A stretch of 64,000 bases of DNA. Source: Octopus bimaculoides (lineage: Eukaryota). The translations under genes and the position numbers were made by a program. Below the pieces are notes generated by a model, which was not told where the DNA came from, did not search any database, and saw nothing but the letters and a program-made list of their open reading frames with translations. Positions within the stretch are counted from its first letter, which is position 1. Every line of letters begins with the position of its first letter. The stretch covers positions 33,001,772 through 33,065,771 of the forward strand of contig NC_069005.1 of assembly GCF_001194135.2 (NCBI RefSeq). The letters are read 5' to 3'. Below are positions 12,691-26,180 of the stretch, in pieces.

Positions 12691-14334
12691 TGCATCATCA
12701 TCATCATTGTTGTTGTTGTTGTACCTCTAAAAGATTAAAGCTATAGTTTACTCAATAATAATTTTGATATTCCTAGAACTGACAATTTCATAATTTTAGT
12801 AGAGTCAACACAATAACAAATATTGTTTAGAGTGTAAATAAAGATCACCAACTGAACACAAGGAATCAAAATGAAAATTTAATTTGTTAAATTCATCTAA
12901 TAAAGCCCCCAGTCTATATTTATTAAACATATCTCCTAAGAATATGAGATTTTAGCCGATTTAAAATAATTTCATTTAAGCCAGAAACTTAACCAGTTTA
13001 GACTATCAGACAAAACGTAAGAAGCAGAAGCTGCCTATGGGGACTCAGACCTGCAGAGAAATTTGAAAGACTGCTTTAATAAAAATGGTAGAACATCTAT
13101 CATGTTAATACAGAAGAAGTGGGTTCAATTCCCATGAGCAACCTTTGATTTTTCTATCCAAAGGGGTTTTTAAGCTAATAATATTGTACATGCTATTAAT
13201 TCTAGTTTTATGTACATGTAGTCTCGCCACTATAAACAAAAATCATTTCACGTTCCCTCAGAGTTTCTAAATCCTTATGATGTAAAAAAAAAAGTAGTTT
13301 TGTTAATGCTGAAGGAAGTTATTGTTCATCATTTAACAAAAAACGAAACCAACAAAGACTATTAGTATAAAATGTGTTACTAGTTCAAGTAGGTATTTAT
13401 AGTTAATGTATTATTAAACAGGCTATCAACAATCATTGGCATGTATCAGTTGCAAACTTAAGTGGATGGAGAGAGAGAGAGAGACAGACAGACAAGCATT
13501 ACTCTGTCTCAGATATCAACAGATATGTTAAATCTAGATTTAGAATGAGATGTCAGGGAGGATAAATATGATGTAACCACAAACCAGTGTGCCAATGGTA
13601 TAACGCTGAGGTATTAAGTACATCAACCCTTCTGATACCAACCTGCCTGACACCACTCCTTATTCTATGATGTAGACTTCCTCTTTCTAAAGTTATCTAA
13701 ATTAAAACAACCTTCCATCAAAATTTTAATCTATGTTCCAAATACTAGGTTATAATAATGACCAAGTTGTTTTATTAAATTCATTATTTTCAAAATTAAT
13801 TGAAACAAAGGCAGATTATTTCAATAGAAATATGGTAGACAAGTCTTTAAAAAAAATGGATTCAAAGAAGTAAATTATTCCTGACAAAAAGACAGGAAGG
13901 TCATGGTAGGAATGCCTTTTAGCCCATTAACATATAAACTTAACATTTGATAATTAATCACATTTAAACAACAATAAAAACAAAGAGTATAACTATTCAA
14001 TAATTTGGATTCATTAAAAGTATAGAGTACTTAAAATTCAAATTAATATTTAGTTCTTAAATTAATTTTATTCTTATACCATTTTGTGGGCCACCAGACT
14101 GACTGCATTAACGAGTGAATCACAGGACTGCTGGATCAAAACCCATCTGAGACAAAAATGACAAAAACAGTCTTCTATTGTTTGGCTGGAGTTGAGCATA
14201 AACAGGATTTACCAGAATATTTTGCAATTTTCCACAAAAATGAAGACAACTGGACACAGTAATAATAATGTTTCTAATTATAAGCTTAAGGACAAAAATT
14301 TGAAGGTATGGGTTAACTGACCATAGCAATCCTA

Positions 14335-14870
14335 GTACTTCACCGGTACATTATTTTATTGACCCAGGAGGAATGAAAGGCAAAGTAGACCCCAGCAGAA
14401 TTTGGTCACAAAATATAGAGGCTGAAGAAATAGCACAAAGCATTTTGTCCAATGCTCTAACCATTCTATCAATCCATTGCACTTCAATAATTATTTTCTA
14501 ATTTTGGCACAAGGCCAGCAATTCTGAAGGGAGCAGAAAGTCAATTACATCAACCCAAGGTCATAACTGGTACTTATTTCATTAACTCCAAAAGGGTGTA
14601 AAAGACAAAGTCAACCTCAACAGCATTTGAACTCAGAATGTAAAGAGCTGGAGAAACGCTAACCTTTTTGCCCCAACACAATAATAATAATAATCCTTTC
14701 TACTTTGGCACAAGGCCTGAAATTTTGGAGGAGCAAGCTTGTCAATTACACTGACCCCAGTTTTGGTAAGTACTTATTTTAACCCTGAAAGGATGAAAAA
14801 CAAAGTCAGTCTCAGCAGAATTTGAACTCAGAATGTAAAGAGCCCATGCTGTAGCAATTCTGCCAATCTA
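14335..14870 (-). mobile_element. Three head-to-tail S1 SINE copies
   Basis: Repeated ggcacaaggcc / actggtacttattt / gaatttgaactcagaatgtaaagagc blocks at ~14335-14480, ~14497-14665 and ~14695-14870. Confidence 0.8.
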
Positions 14871-15753
14871 CCTCCCTCTTCATGCTAAAGACCAGACTTT
14901 TGGGCAAAGTTTGATCACAGCAGTAATCCATAGACAAATATATTTAACCTGTAAAATAGTAAACAACACACACACACACACTTTCATTTGTAGCACTCCT
15001 CATTATTTCTGTTTAATACCTATCCCACTCTGGATGTGGAAACAATTGACAATTTATTACAACTTCTCTCACAATTTTAATTAACAGTAATCATAAGTAC
15101 TAAGCAAACGCAAATAATCAAACCAATTTTCTTTCTCGATTTTGTTTTGTTTTTAATCCACATCAGAATATAGAATTAGTGACAATTTTTAGCAGAAAAT
15201 TTACTCCAAGCATTCCTAAACTTCAAAGTTAAAGACAAAAAAAAAATAACGTTCTCCATTTTCAGTTATTTTTTATTGAAATCACATCATTGTGAGAATT
15301 CTGCTAAGTTAATTAGTATTTCAAACATTGCACCATCTGGTTATGATGGCAGAGTTTTAAGAAAAAGAAAAAAAAATTGAAATTATAATAAATCATTAAA
15401 ATCTGATCCCTTCCCCCAACTCCTTGCAGATAGCTTCCTTGAAAGTCTATTTAAAACTGCCTTGAAAGAATGACATAACAAAATCTCTCTCACAGAATAA
15501 ATCAACACTTGAGATTAGATGACCTCAAATATTTTTTCCATACACATTTAGTCATTCATTAAAACATATTTAGGCAAAGTTTTCACATAACTAATTCACA
15601 CATACTGTCTCTAAGCCAATGCTGCAAACAGAAGTTCCCAAATCTGTTCAACAGTAACAAAAATATTATTGAAATACTCTATCAAGGAATATCCTACTTT
15701 AAAAACAATGTTTAAAAAAAAAACTACACTGAATGGTGTATTTCACGACATAC

Positions 15754-15785
<32 letters not shown>

Positions 15786-16249
15786 TACACATACACACAC
15801 ATATAATCTTGAGTTTTGAGTCAGGTAAATTAATTTATTGGCTAAAGCTTAAGATTTGGCTGTAGTTCTCAAAACAAACAATTAAGTCAACATGACAGGA
15901 AGTTAGAGCTGGTTGTGAATAGCAAAAGCACTGGATTGATAGATAAATCAACCTATGTGTTAAATGCTATCAATAAGATAGTCCTATATAGTGAAACAAC
16001 AATAGCAGTAACTCAGTCCAACCAACACTAAAACACAGTTTGATAGCTTAGTGGTAAAGTGCAAATCTACCTGCATGCCTGTAAGTTTTAAACTGAGAAC
16101 ATGAATTATAAGACAATAATTACAACTAGCAATAAATTTAAGAGGAAACATAAACGTGTAACATATTGATTTTGTTCATATGAAACATTTAACATTCTAT
16201 GGTATATCTCTGTCTTCTTTGACAGACCACTAAACAGGACAGTTATGTA

Positions 16250-16420
16250 TTGTGATCACCATACATATTAGTGTCTTCGCTGAAGATAACAGACACTGCA
16301 AGACCACACAAGACATTGAGAAACTACTAGAAATGATCCATCAAAAATTTCTTTCAACTGAATTCAGTGAAAATACATCCAAACTGCATTTGTTACACAT
16401 AACATCTTCAAACAAGGAAA
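16250..16420 (+). mobile_element. Decayed CR1/L2-like RT fragment (FADD region)
   Basis: HISVFAEDNRHCKTTQDIEKLLE...NTSKLHLLHI resembles xFADD...D.EKLQ...FN.SK..LL. Confidence 0.5.
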
Positions 16421-16526
16421 GAACTTTGCCAAATATACACAAAAAATTTTATATGAAATATTTTTAAATGTTATTTACAATTGCTGTTGCTACTAGTTGA
16501 TTTATCTGCCCTTTCCCTCAACTCAC

Positions 16527-16670
16527 CAGGCACATGGCCTTGTGGTTAGGGTTTTGAGTCCATAATCATAAGGTCATGGGTTCAATTCTTGGAAATGTTC
16601 TGTTGTGTCCTTGAATAAAGTACATAATTTTACATTGTGCCAGTTCTACCCAGCTGAAAATGAATACTGA
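16527..16670 (+). mobile_element. Third tRNA-derived SINE family, decayed
   Basis: ggcacatggccttgtggttagggttttg...ggtcatgggttcaattctt...ttgtgtccttgaataaagtac shows tRNA A/B-box spacing and a distinct body. Confidence 0.45.
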
Positions 16671-17407
16671 TCAAGTGCTAGTGTAACCCCTTTCTTCCTC
16701 CAGCTGTTCCACTGGGTTAAGGGTGCGAGAACCAGGAAGGGATCTATATCTGCTTGCAACTACATAAGCACCTAGAACAAACAGTGAAAGCATGGTACAA
16801 GCCACCAGGTTGTACTCTCCTCTGTGTGACAGTTAAACACCAAACAAGCAAGCCCTCAGCTTGCTACCCCTACCTCCTCCTGTTCATGTTTTACTATTTT
16901 ATTTACATCAGAATGAGTTGTTTTGTTTTTTTTAAACAAAGCAGAGGAATTTACAATAACAATAGTGATTGTCAAATATTGACAACAGAATAAACTGCTA
17001 CAATAAATATGTCAATGTAACCTAAAACCTAGCAGTTGGAAAATATGTGTGTGTCTAATTGAGACAACTGCTTTAACGCTTTCTCACAATTGTCTTTGAT
17101 CTACAAATCACTACAATGTCAACACCAAATACACAGACAGGCAGACAAGATGAAGCCTGCAGATAAAGTTCTCTAAGATTTCTCAAATTTCTGAGATGAC
17201 TTCCTTCCTATCCTCCTACAAAATGGCAGTTTATGAAAACCAGTTGTTTTTTTTTTTCTTTTATCTCTTTTTGTTGTTTGTTTCTTTCAACTCTGAGAGT
17301 CACTTCATAAAGACACTCAATATAACATATGTAACATGTGATGTGATGTTTAAACCCCAGAAGTTGCAATTTTTCATGTAGGAAAAATCCCTTTCAAGAC
17401 ATATAGT

Positions 17408-17566
17408 CAGTGGTTCTCAACTGTGGCTCATACATCCTCATATGGCCCTCAATAAATATAAATTTTTCTTTGACTTGACCTATGTTTTACATATTTTGGT
17501 GCAGCCCACTAAAAGAGTCTAGGCTTTTGGACCCAGCCCGGATATCAAAAAGGTTGAGGACCACTG
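17408..17566. mobile_element. hAT (Charlie-like) MITE, 159 bp, with TIRs and 8-bp TSD
   Basis: TIRs cagtggttctcaac / gttgaggaccactg (13/14 match). Flanks catatagt (17400-17407) and cttatagt (17567-17574) match 7/8. Confidence 0.85.
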
Positions 17567-20326
17567 CTTATAGTATTAAAAAACCACAATATACTTTGGA
17601 GCTAGACGAAATGAAATTGCCCTCAGAAGTGACCACAAGAGCAATAGATACATATTTCGGAGTTGTTGCAGCTTACCAATGTCTGGTATTCATGTCACTT
17701 CCAAAACAAAATCAAACCAGCCTCACTGAAGTATATACAGATGATGTATAAACTATGTACTAGTATGCAATGGCACCAAATAACCAGAATAAATTCTAAT
17801 TATGCAACAGCACAGCTCTATAATAAAAACTTTATCAAAACAAACATACTTAATGTATGCGTGTTATAATTTTGTAAATGTTTGTTAATGGTTTGTAATT
17901 TATCCACAAATAATTTACCTTTATACTGGATATTATCACACACCTCCCCTCATCTTTCATTTCATACAAACAAAACCAGTTTTCAACATGGTAAACTACA
18001 AATCATTGTTCCACTGACCTTGTTCCAATCAGTTTTCAGGTAATGCAAGTAAATTAAAGCTATTATTACTACTACCGCCTGTTTTAAGTACAATTTCACC
18101 ACCACTACACGTTTGCTGTGATTATATCCACAGCTCTTACCAGGTGAGAAACATAACTTCTCTATTGTTACAAAGTTGCCATTTCAAAGAACAGTTTTAT
18201 ACAGATCAACCACCAGAGGCGTTCCATCTTTGATTTGTTTACACACCTAGAGTAAAAACTTGGGCAAAAGCAAGTACATTTTATTTTTCTCTCTTTTAGA
18301 AAAAAGCTCCAACTCAGAGTCATTATGGATGGCATGGTTGGCTGCAGATTGTTCGATAAAAATTGTTGCAGATTTTAATATCTTGTTTGGAACACTGTAG
18401 GTAGACAACCATGATGACAAGGGGACAATTCCTAACTATTCGGAATTGGATATGGTAACAACAATAGATGTGTTACAATGTGACATACTGTTTATATCAC
18501 ATTTTATAATGTTAGATATTATTACATATCACAGTGAGAAAGTGTTATATTGGAAGATTGCAAGGTGTGAAAGGTGACAACTTCATTCATTCACATTTTT
18601 AACAAGATGTAAATATATACAATCATAACAGCATAAATTTATGGTCTAGATGGCATCAATTGTTCATCTCCAGTTCAGCCTGCAGAGCTATGATCAAGCT
18701 TCCAGCCATGACCATCCAGTTTTTTACTCAACCAGTACCTTAGGACGACATTATCTAATGTGTCCTTTACTTTAAGATGGAAGAACAGGACTTGAGGAAC
18801 ATTAAGTTACCATTTCATAGAGGCTTCCTGTCAACATTAACTTCAACAGATTTGCATATAATGCCATGCAAAATAAAGATTTAGAAGAATCACTGACTGC
18901 ATATTTAAAGAATCTAATTGCCAACCCCAGCACCGTTGTTGGTTTCCAACAGAGCAACAGCTGCAAACTGCAGCAAAGTTTGAAGTTAATTTTCGAAAGA
19001 ACTTTATAAAACCATCAATATAGTTGACCTGTCCAGCACACAACAATAATCAGCAAAACAATACTGACAATATTATTCTTCAGAAAACATGATCTGTTTC
19101 AGTTCATTGTTAATCATCATCTTACAGACTGTTTACAAATTATAATCTAACAAACATGTTTAATTAAAGAATACAAGAACTAAAGTGACATCAATTCTAC
19201 AAACAAACGACATTTCAGCCACTCCTTTTGATCTTGTAATATATCATCTATGAAGTTGAATATTGCAAGATCTCTTCTCACCATTTCCTTCCATCCACAC
19301 ATTAATACACCATATGATCCAGACATGTGATAAACAGTGAGGACCTAATCTATATAGTGCTGACAATTTGTAAACTATCTTGCAACAGCTGTGTGCACTA
19401 ATAAATAATTCCATACCAAATGGGATGCAACAAGACTTGATTGCACATAAATCAATGCATATTGTTTACACACAAACCCCACCGACGATGGTCCACAGAT
19501 CAAATTTAAGTCTGCAGCATGTCTCCACTCTAAGTTTAACATTCAAACTGCCTGTCATAAAACATTCCATGTAGGAAATGTTTAGATAAAGTTATAATTA
19601 CATCGAATTGTTGGATATCAGTGCAAAACTAAAATAAAACGAACTAGAGTATTTTCAAAATGTCAAGAGTATTGTTCGATAAATTAGACGACAATAGTTG
19701 TTAAGTTTGTATTATATTTTGAAAGTTCCAATTAAAGATGTCGCACTGATAAATAGATATTTCTACAACAATTTCTCCTCTTCGTAATGAACAACTGAAA
19801 ACTGAAATCAAATGTTTTAAATTGACACTGATAAATAATTGGCGATTGATTAACCCAATAAGGCTAATTAATAATCAAGTTTGTCGTATTTTCATCCTCT
19901 TTGTTTTCAAATGATAAGCTTACATTTAATTAAGACACTTAAACAAAAAAAAATTGAAGTCAATTTAGCATTCAATTAAAATGACTGTTAAAACAAAATT
20001 AAAAACCCGTATATATTACAAAGGGTGAAACTGATGTGGGTGTAGACTTAAATGCTTCATCAATGGAAAGATATAATGAAATAAGCTAAATAATTAACTT
20101 TTAGAAGATGATTAAGTTGATTTACAAAAACAGTAATACGATTTTGTAGGTAAGGTGTTTTACGGCAGACCACATGGTCATGGGTTCAAACTACACAAGA
20201 TCCGTTTTATTGTCCACTTCAGAAAGATAAACATTCTTATCTGTGTATTTATATGTAGTTATGTGCATGCATATAATGAGGGGTGGGGGTGGGGGGTGAC
20301 AAAAGTAACAAAGAAAATAAACTTAC

Positions 20327-20576
20327 CTTTCAAACTGGGGGATAGCAATGTGTCCAAACTAAGGGGCTTGTCCCCGTACCAAAATATCCATAATTCCTTG
20401 CCGTATGCTAACTGGTCAGGTAACCTTTGCTCTGAATTGCGTAGTACCCGTCTCCAGACACACAAGATATCTGACTGGATACACCTCGTGTAGGAATCCA
20501 ACACTGGATCATCCAGTGGGTCCACACTCACGTTATCTGCATTCAACTTACGCCATTTTATGCCGCAGAGATCAGT
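20327..20576 (-). CDS. MED13: Mediator complex subunit 13, second coding exon (250 nt, ends in phase 1)
   Basis: A poly-T tract and acag| precede TDLCGIKWRKLNADNVSVDPLDDPVLDSYTRCIQSDILCVWRRVLRNSEQRLPDQLAYGKELWIFWYGDKPLSLDTLLSPSLK, followed by G|gtaagt. The conserved MED13 motifs DLxGIKW, DPxL, VWRR and ELWIFW are all present. Confidence 0.95.
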
Positions 20577-22131
20577 CTGTAAAAAAAACAAAAAACAAAT
20601 GAGATATCATTCACAACATAGCCAGACAGAAAAGTAAACTTCTAATTCCATAAACATTTCAAGTGTTTACAATGAAAATATGTTTAGTTTTTATATTTTC
20701 AATATTGCATCAATAAAATCATTTTTTTATAAAAATTACATAATTTTTATTTCAATATAATATTAAAAAAAATAATGCAAAAAAAAAAACATTGAGAAAT
20801 ATTCTAATTAAGAAATAAGATAGAGAATGACAAAGATGGTCTTGAATTTCTTACAATGAAACACATTTATAACAGATGTTGTATATTTTTTTTTAACACA
20901 TCAAACATGTTGAATGATTATATCAATACCCAAACAAGATCCACCCTAAAATTTGACATCAAACAGAACTAGGAAATTAATAATAACCAGGAATGTTGCC
21001 ATTTTCTCTTTTCATTTCTTTGTTTTGTTTTTTTTTAGTCTTGGAGTAAAAATCGATCCACTAAGATTGAGCACAATTCACAAGTGCAGCTAATAATGCA
21101 ACCACTGCTTGTAAAATACCTTGACACACATTGACATCGTGTTAGAACACTGATACAACAAAACTACCATAACACAACTCCAATGAAAGCCCTCCATTCA
21201 TCATTACATTAGAAATACTAGAAGGTAACTACCAAAACCATAACAGAATCTAAGAAATACTAAAGTTACACATCAAAATGACAGTTATTACAAGTCAATA
21301 AAAAGTACAAGCTAATCATGAGGTCTGTAGGCGGAGGGGGGTGCTTTATCTCTGGCTATCGAAAATGGAGAAAAACAAAACATCAGCAATGAACCAACTG
21401 AAACCTGCTTTTTTACAAACATCTATAAAACTAATGCAATAGGACTGTTTTTCTTTTGACATCTTATCCAATTTCAATTAGAAACATCTGCAACTGCAAC
21501 AATTAATTAGCAAATGTTATAGAACCGATATGTTAACCTGTGATTGACTTTCAAAAAAATCTCCACTAAAAGCTTACTAATCAAAGAGTATTTTTATTCA
21601 CTTGTCCGTTTCATGTTTGTGCCTGTTTACGATTGGCAAACATCTTTAGTGGGAAAGTGTTTGAAGTGATAGTAGCCGCCACATCTATTAGTCATATTAA
21701 AAACCTGTACATAGTAGGAGTTGAATAGAAAATTCAATCAGTTGAAACAGTTACCACATCTCACTTGTAGTTTTCTTCAGATTTTTGCATTAAAAAAATA
21801 AATCTACATTTTATTTTTAACCTATGAGACCAATTGAAAAGCATAAAGGAGAATTAGCAGAAGGTAGGAACCAGAATTGTAGAATAAGCAAATCTCAACA
21901 CTCCATCTTTAGTGATGTGACATTATTAATATTATTTCTAGTAATAATAATAATATTAATAAAGTTTCAGTCCACTGACTGAAACAAGTAAAATATAAAA
22001 GATATATATATCCATTGATGACTAACTAAGGAGAAGTACTCAATACAAATGCACAGTGAACTGTTTACTTTTGGCTCATCCAGTAGCCTGTCGATCTAGA
22101 GTTGTTTCTGGGACATGCAGCCAGTTCCTCA

Positions 22132-22167
<36 letters not shown>

Positions 22168-23399
22168 ACCAATATGAAAAGATGAAAGGGGTATAAATCA
22201 ATTAAACCAACATCACTTTATCAAGTCATTGACAGGGTGTGTCGGGTGGTGTGAATAATACAGTAAACTGCTGTAGGGTTTAAACTTGCCAACATAGGAC
22301 CAACCTGTCACTGCCCATTAATGCAAGCACCACTTGGTCCTTTGACACCTGAAAAAGAGTCCATTCAGATGAAGGCATTCTTTCCCAACCCATATGATAA
22401 TGACCAAGGTGGACACTGGCCACATCACTCACACCAATTCAGGAGCATTGTCCCTCTTCCCTAAGTTAACTTACAATAAACAATACAAATTAAATGCTAC
22501 ATTTCTAATTTTGGGAACCAATAAATCATCTTTCAAGGAGAATCTAGGGCCTCCTTCAGTGATAGCTTACTATTGTTTTTCTGTAGCTGGTAATTTCCTT
22601 TCCAAGGTGCAGGCCTGAGTAAGCTTTCTTTTGTGCAAAACAAACAGTTGACCATTCGTGCAAGTCTTCATTCCCCATATCCACTGAAGATGTCTAAGGA
22701 AAAGACAAAGAGCAACTCAACTGAGCACCAGCATCATCACAGGTAAAGAACTGAAACATTGCAAGACATCCCGTCTGATGTTCTTCCAATTGTGCCAATC
22801 CACCATGCTGGATTTGTACTTTGCTGTCAACCCCAGAAGGCTGAAAGGTTGAGTTGACTTTGGTGGGATCTGAATTGTGTATGCAGAGAGTTGAAACAAG
22901 TATGAGGTAGTCTATCTGATACTATAAGGACTATGAATTAGTCACATTTTAGCAACTACAGACAGGATTTGGCTTCAGAATATAGCAAAATCAAATCAAA
23001 TGCTGCATTTACAACAGCCCAATGCCCTAATTCTAAAAACAACAATTTTCATATCAATTTGTAATAACAAATAAAACATGTAGAAAAAATATTTCTTAAA
23101 GTATATGCATTGTCAGGTAATAAATACACACACACACAACAGAGTAGGAGAAACAGGTTTTTTTTTTAAAACATTAATTTCTCCCCCTTAGAGTTATTTT
23201 GTAATAATGTACCAAGAAAATTTATTGGGAATTCGTTTATTCACTTGATAAAACTTTCCCACCAAGTTGTCCTGCTGCCTGACAATTATTAAGTACATTG
23301 GAATGTATATAAGTATGCTTAACATGCATTTATATATATATATATATATATATATGCAATCATTTTAATATTGTGTGCTTCCCATGCATACTGAGTCAA

Positions 23400-23670
23400 A
23401 CAAAATTTGTTGAGGCAGATTTTCTACCACCAAATGCTCTTCTTGTCACCAACCCTCACCTGTTTCCAAAGAGATTCCTCCGAATGCAAAATGGACAATG
23501 CCTGGACAGAAGAATGCAGGCAAACACAACTTCGCTTGGTTGATGGTGAAGTTTGTTTGCAATTGCTACACTACGTCTCAAGGACACACACATATATGTG
23601 CATGCATCATATACCATGGGATTGAACCAGAAAATATGTAGTTACAAAGCAAACTTCCTGAATAACACAG
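23400..23670 (-). mobile_element. Decayed S2 SINE with tail type 2
   Basis: ttgttgaggcagattttctac...tgtcaccaaccctcacctgtttcca..., followed by gggattgaacc...aataacacagccata (head). Confidence 0.6.
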
Positions 23671-24194
23671 CCATATCTGCACCTAACATAGAGATATATA
23701 AATACACACTCAATACAACAGATATGTATCCATAAATAAGTTAAGTGCAAAGCAGGAAACTAGTAGAGCCACTAGAGTATCAAACAAACTGCCTTGTAGT
23801 ATTTATCATTGCTCTACAATCTAAGACTGAATCCTACTGTGACCTACCTGGGTCAGTTAAAACCATCACCTGGTCCTTGCGTGCTCCAGAGAAGCCTACT
23901 TGACAGCAAATATTCAAGTCAGGTCTCCAGGATACTTTTTCGTTCATAAATGCTACCAGCCATGGAGACCCTAAAAAGGTGCCGGGGGCATTATTGCCTT
24001 TCTTTCTAAGTAATATGTGTGTGTGTGTTATCTTTTACTTGTTCCAGTCATTCAACTATGGCCATGCTGAGGCACCACTGAAAAAAAGTAAATGCTTACA
24101 GCTCCTACATTTCCCAAACCGTCAGCCATCAAAGTTACTAACTAGGGTCAACACTGCTTAATTTTGTTGACTGGATGAAAACTAATGTTATCAG

Positions 24195-24240
<46 letters not shown>

Positions 24241-25146
24241 ATACATAATACATGCAGGGGTATACATATAATATGTACACAAGTATACATATATATAATT
24301 ATTTTATATTTCAGTAATTAAATTTAATAAATATGCATTGTAAGATAGCAAATTTAAAATGCAAATTGATTTGGCTCCAGTCTAATTAACCCAAAATAGA
24401 GTGGACCACAATAATTGAGTAATGAACACTCATGAATGATCTCTGTCTCCACAACAAATATATATGTATAATATACACACGCAAACGCACATATATCATG
24501 GTCAGAGGAAGGAAAATCAGCAAGATGGCTGACACCATAGGGGCAGGTTAGGGGGAAAGAAACATAAAAAATCTCCCTCAAATTTGAAGGAGCAAACTAG
24601 GAGGGAGAGTAGGTGGAAATGATAGTGCAGACAATTGAAAAGGTCATTTGGTTCTGATCTGTGCTGTTTTACTGAGGAGGACAGCAAATAAAATAGACTT
24701 GAAAAGACAAATCTTCTCACCACCACCACCACCACCACCACCAGCTCACTCATACAGGAAGTCTACTGCACTGTAGTATATATGTATATAGTTAACAATT
24801 AAAGGTGATCCAGAAGAAGGCAGACATAGTGAAGGAAGAGGAGAAAGATGGGGGGGGTTATATACGAATGACTAAATGTAAATGAGATGCAAGTATTTTT
24901 TTTGCATTTCTTTTTTTTTTTTCACACCTTATAATTTCGCTGTATATTGTTAAAAAAGAAAAAAATGGAAACAAAATGGAATTTGTAAACCATTGAGGAA
25001 GAAAGTAGACAGGACTTAAAGAAAATGAAACGGTCTCAACATGTTTAGTTATGTTCCTTCACGCTTCAAGTTCAACTCTCAGCACCATGGTGAAAGGCTA
25101 GTGGGGTGGTGTACCAGTAATATATTAGGTTTGATTCAGTTTACTA

Positions 25147-25238
25147 NNNNNNNNNNNNNNNNNNNNNNNNNNNNNNNNNNNNNNNNNNNNNNNNNNNNNN
25201 NNNNNNNNNNNNNNNNNNNNNNNNNNNNNNNNNNNNNN
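25147..25238. other. Assembly gap (others at 39167-39176 and 45313-45365)
   Basis: Runs of N, each abutting (TA)n. Confidence 1.
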
Positions 25239-25275
<37 letters not shown>

Positions 25276-25510
25276 AAACATATATATAAACACTTGTGAC
25301 AAGTATGACAAGAAATGGTGACAGGTAAGATATGGTGAAGAGATATGAAACAGGAGAGGTGGTGGGTGGACCAGAGATAAAGAAAGTGTGAGATTAGAGG
25401 GGGAAGAGTAGGAATTCATGAAGTGATCGAAACAAAAGTGGGAACAGGTAGGTGTAAAGTGTAAAATAGGGACTTGATAGAAGAGAGAGAGAGAGAGGGG
25501 AATATATATA

Positions 25511-25770
25511 TCATCATCGTTTAATGTCCACTTTCCATGCTGGAATTGGTTGGACAGTTTCACTGTGGACTGGTGAGCCAGAGGCTGCACCAGGCTCAAT
25601 CTGATCTGGCAAAGTTTCTACAGCTGGATGCCCTTCCTAATGCCAACCACTCCAAGAGTGTAGTGGGTGCTTTTACATGACACCGGCATGAGGGCCAGTC
25701 AGGCGGTTCTAGCAACGACCACACTCAAAAGGTGTTTTTTACATGCTACCTGCATGAGAGCCAGTCCAAT
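25511..25770 (-). mobile_element. SINE/LINE-3'-derived repeat with ...GGAAAGTGGACATTAAACGATGATGA tail (similar copies at ~49747-49952 and ~60130-60350, minus)
   Basis: tcatcatcgtttaatgtccactttccatgctgg...gctggatgcccttcctaatgccaaccactcc is shared among the three loci. An (ATG)n tail is typical of RTE-mobilised elements. Confidence 0.7.
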
Positions 25771-25970
25771 TCAGAAAAAAAAAAAAAGCAGGTATTTGGA
25801 GAAAAAAGCAAGTATTTGCAGAAAAAAATTGTAGGGTCATAGAGAGTGAGAGATGAGATGTAAATGTTCCAAGAGTAGAAAGCAAAACAGGAGAAAACGA
25901 AAGAGAAAGTACACTTGTAGAGAAGAAATATAAATAAGTAATGATATTTTAATAATGACAATAATAATAA

Positions 25971-26180
25971 TCTTTTCTAGTCTAGGCACAAGGCCTGAAA
26001 TTTGGTGAGAGGAGGCCAGTCGATTAGATCAACCCCAGTGTGCAACTGGTACATATTTCATTGACCCTGAAAGGATGAAAGGCAAAGTCGACCTCAGCAG
26101 AATTTGAACTCAGAACATAAAGACAGACGAAATATGGCTAAGCATTTTGCCCGGCGTGCTAACAATTCTGCCAGCTCACT
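25971..26180 (-). mobile_element. Near full-length S1 SINE
   Basis: cttttctagtctaggcacaaggcctgaaattt...gtcgacctcagcagaatttgaactcag...cccggcgtgctaacaattctgccagctc, flanked by (AAT)n on both sides. Confidence 0.85.

Larger units (their letters stand above)
1..20326 (-). other. MED13: Presumed MED13 intron 2 (runs off the left edge, >20.3 kb)
   Basis: Donor GTAAGT at 20326-20321. The expected next exon (W-E-x-G-L-x-Y-E-C-R-T-L-L-F-K-A) was not found by eye in 1-20326. Confidence 0.6.

Noticed and set aside
18141-18246. 106-nt exon-like segment on the minus strand (strong acceptor, GTAAGA donor); similar 49-nt segment at 17677-17725
   Set aside because: Both give an immediate stop after exon 2, have no MED13 similarity and no independent support. 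They show how common pseudo-exons are here.
22903-22911. let-7-like tgaggtagt; also miR-34-like tggcagtgtggt at 55213-55224
   Set aside because: Only 9-12 nt match with no hairpin; the second lies in a SINE head.
23299-23317. miR-1-like string tggaatgtatataagtatg (17/19 match)
   Set aside because: No complementary 5' arm upstream, so no precursor hairpin; AT-rich chance match.
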